From the NCBI GenBank assembly GCA_045603305.1, contig JAZULV010000004.1, forward strand, positions 1 through 52,041: a stretch of 52,041 nucleotides of DNA, in the 5' to 3' direction. A program made the translations under genes and the position numbers. Under the pieces are notes generated by a model. That model was not told the origin of the DNA. It searched no databases and saw only the letters and a program-made list of their open reading frames with translations. Position 1 is the stretch's first letter; each line of letters opens with the position of its first letter. This stretch comes from Lachnospiraceae bacterium. GTDB taxonomy: Bacteria; Bacillota; Clostridia; Lachnospirales; Lachnospiraceae. Positions 19,178 to 27,878 of the stretch are shown here, piece after piece.

Positions 19178-20635
19178 TCAAAAGGTCATACATTTCCCTA
19201 TGGAAACAGACTGTTCAATTGAATAACCGCCACGCAAAATATCCTTTTCCCTAAAGCAGTTGCCTATTAACTGAACACCAATCGGCATCCCCTTAGAATC
19301 TATACCGCAAGGCACACTCATAGCCGGAAGTCCGGCAAGATTGACCGCTACCGTGTAAATATCTCTAAGATACATTTTCATAGGGTCACTTATACTGTGG
19401 CCTATCTTCAATACTTCTCCCGGTGCAACCGGTCCTAAAATAACATCATATTTCTCAAAGGCTTTATCAAAAGCCTGCTTTATAAGTGCTTTTGTACGAA
19501 GGGCCTTTAAATAATAGGCATCATAGTAACCGCTGCTAAGCACAAAGGAGCCAAGCATAATTCTCCTCTTAACCTCTTCACCAAAGCCTTCCGAACGGCT
19601 CTTCTTATACATATCATGAAGTCCCTTTGCATCCGTCGAACGATAGGCGTACTTAACTCCGTCAAATCTGGCAAGGTTAGAACTTGCCTCCGCCGTGGCT
19701 ATAATGTAATAGGCGGGAATTGCATACTCCACCAGACTCAAATCAAATTCCTCTACAACAGCACCTTTACTCTTAAGAATCTCTGCGGCATTTAACACTG
19801 CTGCCTTTACATCCGGTTCAAGACCTTCTTTAAAGTAATCCTTTGGTATGCCAACTCTAAGTCCCTTAACATCCTCCGTTAATGCTGAACTAAAATCATA
19901 ATCGTCTCTCTTTATACTTGTGGAATCCTTTGAATCATAAGAGGAAATCGCCTCAAGAATTGCTGCACAGTCGGTTACATCCTTTGCAACCGGGCCTATC
20001 TGGTCCAAGGATGAAGCATAGGCTACAAGACCATATCTTGAAACCGTTCCGTAGGTAGGCTTAAGTCCCACAACTCCACAATAGGCAGAAGGCTGGCGCA
20101 CAGAGCCTCCGGTATCAGAACCCAAAGCAAAAAAACATTCATCTGCCGCAACCGCTGCACAGGAGCCACCGGAAGAACCACCCGGAACACACTCTTTGTT
20201 CCATGGATTTCTAACCACACCAAAGGCTGAGGACTCATTAGTATTTCCCATGGCAAACTCGTCCATATTTGTCTTGCCTATTACAACTGCCCCGGCTTTC
20301 TCAAGGTTTGCAACCGCTGTGGCAGTGTAGGTCGGCACAAAGGTCTCCAGCATCTTTGAGCCACAGGTTGTAAGCAAGCCTTTAGTGCACATATTATCCT
20401 TAATGGCAACCGGCACTCCGGCAAGAGGACCGGTAAGTTCGCCGGCATCTATTTTCCTCTGAACCTCTTCGGCACGTTTTAACGCACCTTCTCTATCTAC
20501 AGTGATATAACAATTTAACTCACTGTCATAGGTCTCAATGCGGCGAAGTACCGCCTCTGTGGCCTCCCGCACCGAAACCTCTCTACTTTGTATCTTCCTG
20601 CCAAGCTCTAAGGCAGTCAAATCTAAAACACTCAT
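19178..20635 (-). CDS. gatA: Glutamyl-tRNA(Gln) amidotransferase subunit A (amidase family)
   Basis: 485 aa with the amidase signature GGSSGGSCAAVAA and the Ser-cisSer-Lys triad region. Confidence 0.95.
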   Translation of the reverse strand: MSVLDLTALELGRKIQSREVSVREATEAVLRRIETYDSELNCYITVDREGALKRAEEVQRKIDAGELTGPLAGVPVAIKDNMCTKGLLTTCGSKMLETFVPTYTATAVANLEKAGAVVIGKTNMDEFAMGNTNESSAFGVVRNPWNKECVPGGSSGGSCAAVAADECFFALGSDTGGSVRQPSAYCGVVGLKPTYGTVSRYGLVAYASSLDQIGPVAKDVTDCAAILEAISSYDSKDSTSIKRDDYDFSSALTEDVKGLRVGIPKDYFKEGLEPDVKAAVLNAAEILKSKGAVVEEFDLSLVEYAIPAYYIIATAEASSNLARFDGVKYAYRSTDAKGLHDMYKKSRSEGFGEEVKRRIMLGSFVLSSGYYDAYYLKALRTKALIKQAFDKAFEKYDVILGPVAPGEVLKIGHSISDPMKMYLRDIYTVAVNLAGLPAMSVPCGIDSKGMPIGVQLIGNCFREKDILRGGYSIEQSVSIGKCMTF

Positions 20636-20645
20636 GGCTAATCTC

Positions 20646-20939
20646 CTAATTAATTACCTTCGGAACCGAAAAATAGTTGTCCTTCTTTGCCGGCGCATTT
20701 GCAAGCATATTCTCACTGTCATCACCATTTACAACCACGTCCTCGCGGAACACATTGGTTATCGGAAACACATGAGACATAGGCTCCACTCCGCTCGTAT
20801 CCAAATCATTTAACATATCAAAATAATCAAGCATCTTTGCCATCTCCTGCTTCGCCTTCTCCTTTTCCTCGCAAGAAAGCTCCAGCTTTGCAAGCACGCC
20901 CACATATTCCATAGTTTCATCACTAATAATATTAGCCAT
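20646..20939 (-). CDS. gatC: Glutamyl-tRNA(Gln) amidotransferase subunit C
   Basis: 97 aa starting MANIISDETMEYVGVLAKLELSCEEKEKAKQEM. It sits immediately upstream of gatA, so the order is gatCAB. Confidence 0.9.
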   Translation of the reverse strand: MANIISDETMEYVGVLAKLELSCEEKEKAKQEMAKMLDYFDMLNDLDTSGVEPMSHVFPITNVFREDVVVNGDDSENMLANAPAKKDNYFSVPKVIN

Positions 20940-20955
20940 AATATCGACCTCTCAA

Positions 20956-21141
20956 TTACTCACCCTTAGATGATTTCTTATACTTAATAAATCCCAGAAG
21001 AAATTGGGTTGCACCCGTTGCAATAAAAATAATAAAGCAGGTCAGCATGTCCACATCCTCAGGAAATATAAAATGAAGGGCAAATGCCAGCATAAAAAAT
21101 ATCAGCCCGAACTTAAGGGCATTTAGTAAAACATCACGCAT
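20956..21141 (-). CDS. Small hydrophobic protein (two TM helices) upstream of gatC
   Basis: A 61-aa ORF lying 17 bp upstream of gatC. Whether it is real is uncertain. Confidence 0.35.
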   Translation of the reverse strand: MRDVLLNALKFGLIFFMLAFALHFIFPEDVDMLTCFIIFIATGATQFLLGFIKYKKSSKGE

Positions 21142-21292
21142 AACAAATAAACGCTCCTATCCTGTTACTTTATTAGTATTCTATCATAGTGGCACATTCT
21201 ATACAAATACAAAACAACTTAAACATGGTAAAACCCCTTTTGCCGGACTTCTTCCATCAGACAAAAGGGGCGCTTAACGCTTCATATCAAAT

Positions 21293-21622
21293 TTATTTAT
21301 ATATTTCAGTCAGTCCCGGTGTGTTATTCCACTCATCAAGCCTGCTCTCATACTGCTCCTCAATCCAGTCCAGTGCTTTCTCTCTGCCCTCGGCACTAAA
21401 CTCAAATTTATTGTTCGTCTTCTTATCATCAGGTGTTTTATCAAAGGAAAGCGGCTCCGGCCAAACCCAGGCATCAAGCCAGACCTCCTTCTTCTCTACT
21501 CCATCCTCTTCGTACTTCCTGTCCTTCTTCACAAGAAAATACCTCATACCCTTATGGTCTCCGGTCAGCTTTCCGCCATAAGACAAAAAGTTAAAAGGTA
21601 ATATTTCGCTTCTATCCAGCAT
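21293..21622 (-). CDS. Hypothetical protein (109 aa)
   Basis: ORF only. The RBS is poorly placed: GGAGGAAAGG lies about 30 nt upstream. Confidence 0.3.
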   Translation of the reverse strand: MLDRSEILPFNFLSYGGKLTGDHKGMRYFLVKKDRKYEEDGVEKKEVWLDAWVWPEPLSFDKTPDDKKTNNKFEFSAEGREKALDWIEEQYESRLDEWNNTPGLTEIYK

Positions 21623-21913
21623 ACAAAATCATGGCGCATTTACAAATACACCTTTCCTCCGTTTAATTTATTTTCTCACATGTGTGTCAAACAATCACAA
21701 TCGTCTTGCTATCGTGCAGCTACGTTAGCGGTGACCAGTTTATCTCAATCAAACAATCTTCCTGCTATCGTACAGTCGTACCAAGCAAACTCTAGTCCTC
21801 TTAATTACAATGCAACTGCACAATGTATCTCTACCGGCAAATCTTTGCACAACTCAAAAGAAACCTCACAGCGGCTTTACACACCGTGATTTGATAAACC
21901 GGTAAATTCATAA

Positions 21914-22384
21914 TTACATCTTATCATATCCAAGGCTCTCAAGAAACTTCTCACACCCAAGCACAATCTCGTCATAGGTCAAATCAAAGTTCCTTGTATA
22001 CCAAGGGTCAGCAATGTCATGAGGCTTGTCCGTAAAATCCAGCAGTCTGCGAACTTTACCCTCGCTGTCGCCGCCTACAATCCTGAGAATTGCCCTTATG
22101 TTCATATCCTCCATACCAAGTATGTAATCGTACCTTTCGTAGTCCGCCCTCGTAATCTGGACCGCCTGCTTTCCATCGCAGGAAATGTTATGCTCCGCAA
22201 GCTTCTTGCACGCAAGGTAGTAAACCGGGTTGCCAATCTCCTCACGGCTGGTAGCCGCAGAGGCGATGTAAAAATCATTTTCTAAACCACGTTTGGACAC
22301 CATGTCCTTTAAGATGAATTCTGCCATAGGTGAGCGGCAGATGTTGCCGTAGCAGACCATGAGCACTTTTATCTTTTCTTTCAT
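21914..22384 (-). CDS. Low-molecular-weight protein-tyrosine phosphatase
   Basis: 156 aa starting MKEKIKVLMVCYGNICRSPMAEF, which is the CX5R P-loop (C-YGNIC-RS) of LMW-PTP/ArsC-type phosphatases. A DP(W)Y motif lies near the C-terminus. Confidence 0.85.
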   Translation of the reverse strand: MKEKIKVLMVCYGNICRSPMAEFILKDMVSKRGLENDFYIASAATSREEIGNPVYYLACKKLAEHNISCDGKQAVQITRADYERYDYILGMEDMNIRAILRIVGGDSEGKVRRLLDFTDKPHDIADPWYTRNFDLTYDEIVLGCEKFLESLGYDKM

Positions 22385-22687
22385 AAATTCTCAAATCCTT
22401 TCAAATGCCCATAAATACTGGGTTTGTGGAGTTTTTCATATTTTTGCTGTTTTGTCATTTCTTCTCAAAATAGAGCGTATTTTCTCAGGCAAGTGGTATA
22501 TAAATTGGTATATTTTCAAAAATTTATACCAGTAAATTTGACTGGTATAAATTTTCGCGAGTCCGCATAAACACTAGCTTTGCGAGACGTTCCATGGCAA
22601 ATTAACACACCAAAAACGCCTATTTTGAAGCTGGAAAGGCATGAATTTGTACCACGTTTTTACCACATATGGCAACTTGCTTTTTTT

Positions 22688-23894
22688 ACGCTTCCTTTGT
22701 TTTCAAGTAATCAAGCCGCTCCATCTCTGCAATTGCATCCTCTGATTTGATATGCGTATAGGTATCAAGTGTCACAGAAATGTCTCCGTGTCCCATGATA
22801 TACTGCAATACCTTTGGATTCATTCCCTACTTCGCCATATTGGTACAAAACGTATGTCTGCACACATGTGGCGTAATCTTCGGCAACTGCACTCGATAAG
22901 TCTTATTATACTTTGCAACCGAAAGCTGGAAGTATTTCTCCCAATGCAATGCTACCCTTGGTTTACTGTTCTTGTCTAAAAATAGAAATCCTGAGTATCC
23001 ATCTATAATCGGCTCAATCTTTGGCGTTGGGCGCATCTTGATAATTCGTTTAAATGCATCCATTACATCTGGCGTCATCGGAACCTCACGAACACCATTC
23101 TCGGTTTTCGTTTTCTCACAAACATACCTCATATCACTGGTACGCTGGAGCTGATGATTGACCTTAATGACTTTCTTTCTAAAATCAATATCCTTAATGG
23201 TCAAACCACAAAACTCGCTGATGCGAAGTCCCGTCTTGAACAAGATATAAAATGCATCATAGTATTGGCTATAATGGTCGTCCTCCAAAATAAACTGAAG
23301 GAACTTTCTCTCCTGTTCTCTTGTGAGTGCATCCCTTTTGACACTATCATTCACAACTACCGTATGAAGTTCGAACTGAAAAGGATTCTTGACTATCATA
23401 TCATCATCTTCCGCCATCTGAAATGCAGGACGAAGTACGCCTCGTACGGTATGAATGGTACTGTAGCCACGCCCATTCTTCTGCATGTTAATCAGAAAAA
23501 TCTTTGCATCCGATGTTTTGATACTCGCAATCTTCCTTTGTCCGAAAGGTTCTTTCGCCAAGATATTTTGCACAAATTTGTACCCAGTCTGAGTGCTGTG
23601 TTTTACTCCGGTTTTTGTCATCAAATATTTCTCTACCAATTCACAAACCGTAATATCCTCACAACAGATTTCTAGTCTTAGTTTTTTCTCAATCTCCTTA
23701 ATTTTTTCTCTCAAGGATTTGTCTTTTCGCTTTCCTGCCGGCATAGGGTCCGAAGCAGTAAGTCTCCAACTGTAAACCGTTTTCCTCTGACCAAATGGGG
23801 TAGTATAACGATACGCATAACGCCCATCGTCTAACTGGTTTTCTCCCATTTGAAGCACTCTACCTTTATTGTCACGTCTCTTTGTATTACTCAT
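22688..23894 (-). pseudogene. int: Tn916-family tyrosine integrase (Int-Tn-like) interrupted by an in-frame amber codon at 22827-22829
   Basis: The N-terminus MSNTKRRDNKGRVLQMGENQLDDGRYAYRY... closely parallels Tn916 Int (MSEKRRDNRGRILKTGESQRKDGRY...). The ORF reads ...HVCRHTFCTNMAK then TAG, and the same frame continues GMNPKVLQYIMGHGDISVTLDTYTHIKSEDAIAEMERLDYLKTKEA*. That continuation carries the conserved C-terminal HxxR and catalytic-Tyr motifs. RBS AAAGGAGAA precedes the ATG at 23894. Confidence 0.8.
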
Positions 23895-23961
23895 AATCAT
23901 TCTCCTTTCAAAGAGCTGTGACATGGCTTACAGTTAATATATCATAGCTCTTTAGATTTTT

Positions 23962-24168
23962 CTATATTGCTTCCAATGTATCTACGAATTTCTCAAATTT
24001 TACTCGCTTAATTTGAACACGATTCCCATTCCAAAGAAGGTAATCTGCATTCTTATTCTGATTGATGAGTCTACGCAATTTATGCTCACCGATTCGAAAA
24101 TAAGCTGCTGCTTCCTCCACTGTTAAAGTATACTTCTCCCACAAAGGAACATTCTGACTATGCTTCAT
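23962..24168 (-). CDS. xis: Excisionase (Tn916 Xis-like)
   Basis: 68 aa reading [68 protein letters not shown]. It is collinear with Tn916 Xis ([33 protein letters not shown]...). Confidence 0.8.
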   Translation of the reverse strand: MKHSQNVPLWEKYTLTVEEAAAYFRIGEHKLRRLINQNKNADYLLWNGNRVQIKRVKFEKFVDTLEAI

Positions 24169-24739
24169 CTACATTCACGCCCCTTTCCTTTAATCTTCGA
24201 TGTAGGTCTATTACTAGTCCCATTGTTTCATCCATCTTTTGAAAGTATCTACACGATCCAACTTCATCACCTTTAGCCTCTGCTAAGTCTGACTTCGCAT
24301 CATAATATCTTGCCTTCACATCTAGATAGCGATAACGAAGTAAATCATATTCCAGTTCCAGGGCTGCATATTTTTTCTTCATTTCAATCAATCCATCCCT
24401 TGCTTCCGTCTCCTCTTTAGGCGGATATGGATAAGGCTTTAACCTGATAGGATAGATAGAACGCAAATCCTCTATAACTGCCTTAAATTTCTCCTCGTCT
24501 AAGTAAAACTTCCATCCAAAGCTTTTGACAATTCCATCCTCATCCTCCAAGGCTCGAAGCATCTGATACCGAGCCGTTGCCTCCGGCAATCCCAACTCCT
24601 GCATCAAGTACTCCTTGATTTCTTCCTTCTCTTTGCCCTCACTACCAAGGAACTCACAAATGTGTCTGTACTTACAAAAATGTTCTAACCACTGTTTCTG
24701 CATTTTCTTTTCCTCCTTCTGTTTAGTACTTAGGGTCAA
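24158..24739 (-). CDS. Hypothetical protein (193 aa) upstream of and overlapping xis
   Basis: ORF with RBS GAAGGAGGAAAAG. It is Lys/Glu-rich. No motif was recognised. Confidence 0.5.
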   Translation of the reverse strand: MTLSTKQKEEKKMQKQWLEHFCKYRHICEFLGSEGKEKEEIKEYLMQELGLPEATARYQMLRALEDEDGIVKSFGWKFYLDEEKFKAVIEDLRSIYPIRLKPYPYPPKEETEARDGLIEMKKKYAALELEYDLLRYRYLDVKARYYDAKSDLAEAKGDEVGSCRYFQKMDETMGLVIDLHRRLKERGVNVDEA

Positions 24740-25237
24740 AAAAAGCTGATTGCAAAAAATGCGTTAATTTTCTTCAACTTTTTCTCCTGTCAGTTATTAC
24801 TTGGAGTCAAAAAATGCTGATGACAAAAAATCCGGCAAAAAAGAAGAAAGTCACCAACATTTCTGCTGATGACTCTAAACCTCAACAATATTTACTTGTA
24901 ACTTCTCATAAGTGGCATTTTCTCACATTCTGAAATTACCGGAAAATTAGTCTCAAAAAATGAGACTGACTTGTCCAGCGTCTCTAAAAAGAATCCATCG
25001 TCGTTAGACAGTTCCCAGTGTCTCTGGACAGAGACACCCAGCAAAATCAAGGGTTTCAGAGGCTCTGTCTAAAATTCCGAAAACGTAGAATTGGTCTACG
25101 TAATTGGACTGCGAAAAAAGCAGGATACGCCTAAAGTTGTATACTTTACGCCAGAAACTTCACTCCCAGGGCGTTCACATTAGGGTTCCCCTAAGACCCG
25201 AATATTGATCATAAAGAACACTTTTGGTCACGATGAC

Positions 25238-25281
25238 CAAAAGTGCATAAAAAATACCAGTGAAACTACAAGACTGTATTT
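25238..25281 (-). terminator. Strong Rho-independent terminator closing the minus-strand defence array
   Basis: On the minus strand, a 12-bp perfect stem ataccagtgaaa / tttcactggtat with a 14-nt loop is followed by U6. A second perfect palindrome, acttttggtca-cga-tgaccaaaagt, lies just downstream at 25209-25235. Confidence 0.6.
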
Positions 25282-25392
25282 TCACTGGTATAGTGCGTTA
25301 CCTATGCATAATATAATGCTCTATAGCAAACAATATAACCATAAATATAATTCTTCTATCCCTCAAACCAATAATAAAACTTGACTATATAT

Positions 25393-27186
25393 TTATACAA
25401 CAAACACCTTACAACTTAATTCTAATAAATAATTTAGCCAATTATCCATGTTTTCTTGTGACCACTCTTCGTACTGTTCAAATTTAGCATTTATGTGATA
25501 CTCCGACTGCATATATATTAGTCTTTTCTCTTCATATGGCTTATTCTTAACACGTTCACCATTTTCTTCTAATGTTAAAAGTGTCAAATTGCGTAATTCA
25601 TTGATATCAAAGGTAGGTTCAACACCATCCTGGGGATTTTGTGAATAAATATGTTCAATAGACACATTCTCAAAATTGATAACAGTTCCTGTCTCTGCAT
25701 GCGGTCTTCCATTAGCACCATCATCACACCACTTATGGTATTCATTCAATGTCGCAAACAAATATTTGAGTAATTTATTACTACCTTTCTTTATATATTT
25801 CAAAGATTTAAGATTTTCCTTGAACAAAGCATCCCCTGCTTCTGAAACAATTAGGGGTCTAAGCTGTTCTGTCAAATGACCGACTCTGTACTCCAACAAA
25901 TTATCACGAATATATTTTGCTTCCTTCATAAAAATATCCGCAACTTTTTGATGTTTATTATTGCAAATACCTTTATATCTAAACATAAACCTTTCAAGCA
26001 TTTGAACAATATCGTTAAATTTGGTGTGATTCAACTCCGCTGCAGAAATAAGCAATGCTAACGTTATTTCATAATCCAGGTAATCAATCAAGTTCTTCAG
26101 TCTATTTCTATCCCATACAGTTATTGGTTGCCTTCCTTCAAATGGCCACTCACCCGACTGAATCTTGTAAAATTTGCAACTAGCCTCGTATATAGCCTCA
26201 ACAATGCTTACAACTTTTTCTTTTTCTTCTTCAGTATATTCTGCTTTATTTTCCGTTATTCCAAATATATTTTCTATGTAGTCATCAAATAGCGAATTAG
26301 TTCCCGCTCGTTTTCCCATAACGGACATATAATAATACCTTAAAAATCTGTCGACAGCCTTGCTCTCTCCTGATAATATCTCATCCCACTTGTTAAGAAT
26401 CAAATCTTCTTCCCTTGACGAACTATCTTTTGCCACAATTTCCAAAGTTCTCGATTTTAACAAATCTCCTACAGTCAGTCCCATTCCTCGATCATTTAAA
26501 ACCTGGAATAAAGTATATGCATCTCTTTTAGTCTTTGCATCAATAAATATGATAGTACAGCATTTATCGATTGCATCTTCAATATTTGCTAATACATTTA
26601 TTTTTTCATTAAAATCCGATTCTTCATCAACGCTTGTAGACACATACGAAAGCAACTTCTCATAGGCTTTATTCATTCTTTTATGAGACTCTCTGTTTCC
26701 CGCCTTTGGTGTACCAGAAATAATTGCTTCATAACATTCCTCGTCAGCATGTGACACCGTTAAATGTCGCACAACCACTGGTTTGCGATTTATTTCATCT
26801 TCATAATTAATATATTTTCGTTCTATCTTCTCCAAACGTTTCTTGACAATTATAGAACTATCTTCATCGGGTGCCAATGCGATAATCTCCCCATATTTTT
26901 TATAGATAGACAATATCAACAACATTGTAGTGGTTATTCTTTGTTGGCCATCCACTAATTCTCTCTGTTGTCTATTAGACCCCGGTACTGTTTTTTCAAC
27001 ACATACAATTCCCCCAAAAAAATGATCCTTATTATTCTGATTCTTAATTAGTGTCGCCACGTCTCTAATGTAATCTTCAACCTGCTCATCTTCCCATGCA
27101 TAATATCTTTGATATTTGGGAACTTCAAATAAAAAATTTTGTTCAAAAATCTTTCCTATAGTAGTATATGATGGAAATATATCCAT
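25393..27186 (-). CDS. GmrSD-family type IV (modification-dependent) restriction endonuclease: DUF262 N-terminus plus DUF1524 C-terminus
   Basis: 597 aa. The N-terminus has FEVPKYQRYYAWE and VDGQQRITT, the ParB-like DUF262 motifs. The C-terminus has IEHIYSQNP, a His-Me finger / DUF1524-like motif. RBS GGAGGATAAAG. Confidence 0.75.
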   Translation of the reverse strand: MDIFPSYTTIGKIFEQNFLFEVPKYQRYYAWEDEQVEDYIRDVATLIKNQNNKDHFFGGIVCVEKTVPGSNRQQRELVDGQQRITTTMLLILSIYKKYGEIIALAPDEDSSIIVKKRLEKIERKYINYEDEINRKPVVVRHLTVSHADEECYEAIISGTPKAGNRESHKRMNKAYEKLLSYVSTSVDEESDFNEKINVLANIEDAIDKCCTIIFIDAKTKRDAYTLFQVLNDRGMGLTVGDLLKSRTLEIVAKDSSSREEDLILNKWDEILSGESKAVDRFLRYYYMSVMGKRAGTNSLFDDYIENIFGITENKAEYTEEEKEKVVSIVEAIYEASCKFYKIQSGEWPFEGRQPITVWDRNRLKNLIDYLDYEITLALLISAAELNHTKFNDIVQMLERFMFRYKGICNNKHQKVADIFMKEAKYIRDNLLEYRVGHLTEQLRPLIVSEAGDALFKENLKSLKYIKKGSNKLLKYLFATLNEYHKWCDDGANGRPHAETGTVINFENVSIEHIYSQNPQDGVEPTFDINELRNLTLLTLEENGERVKNKPYEEKRLIYMQSEYHINAKFEQYEEWSQENMDNWLNYLLELSCKVFVV

Positions 27187-27212
27187 TTCTTTATCCTCCG
27201 TCTACCTTGCCT

Positions 27213-27878
27213 CTATGCATTAAATGTTATTTTAATTTTATCTGAGAGTTTTTTTTCCTTTATCCACTCTATTATTTCACTTGACAAATCGCCTATTGTC
27301 GCTTTTCCGTCACTAGCCAATCTTAAAAACAGCAATATTTCCGAATCTTGTCCAAGCTCTAAATCATCCAAAATCTGCTCTGCATCCATTTTCCCTTGTT
27401 TCAGATAATTATAACTTTCAACTGAACCATTCCATGTACTTGCTTTTTTTATTTTATTAATTGCAAATGTCGCTCTACTCTCATCTGGCAATATTCCTCT
27501 CACCACATTCAGCAAGCTAAGTATGTTCTCAGTAGTTGCTATATAATACTCTGTCCACTCTTGCCCCAACACAGCATACAATTTCTTTGATTCAGATGAA
27601 ATATATTGTGTTGTTGCATTATTCGCAGCTCCTGATTGAACCACTTTGTCACATGCAACCAAAAAGCCTTTTAACGCACTTACCACATTAGCAGATGGTC
27701 TAAAATCCGAGTTTTCAACTGCAAGATTAACCTCATCAATTATTTGCTTTAAACTTGCAATCAACTGTTTAAAGTTGTAGTCCGCAGTCGCCTGCTTCTT
27801 AGTATCTGCAGAAGCTGTTTCCATTTCGCGAACAGTCTTCATATCAATTATGCATTCATTTAATGTATCAATTAACAT
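27213..27878 (-). CDS. Hypothetical protein (221 aa). It is the last of a three-gene overlapping unit.
   Basis: RBS GGAGGGGA. Its start overlaps the preceding gene by 7 nt. No motif was recognised. Confidence 0.5.
   Translation of the reverse strand: MLIDTLNECIIDMKTVREMETASADTKKQATADYNFKQLIASLKQIIDEVNLAVENSDFRPSANVVSALKGFLVACDKVVQSGAANNATTQYISSESKKLYAVLGQEWTEYYIATTENILSLLNVVRGILPDESRATFAINKIKKASTWNGSVESYNYLKQGKMDAEQILDDLELGQDSEILLFLRLASDGKATIGDLSSEIIEWIKEKKLSDKIKITFNA

Noticed and set aside
21189-21889. Plus-strand ORFs of 130 and 69 aa
   Set aside because: The first overlaps and is antisense to the 109-aa gene. The second lies in a repeat-containing spacer. Neither has an RBS, and both are Ser/Leu-rich low-complexity sequences.
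22390-22690. Exact right end and target duplication of the Tn916-like element near the palindrome tttataccagt-aaatttg-actggtataaa (about 22,519-22,550)
   Set aside because: I cannot place the end without a reference element or an empty site. The palindrome may just be the int terminator. It resembles the GmrSD terminator stem (ataccagt/actggtat), but the two have different spacers.
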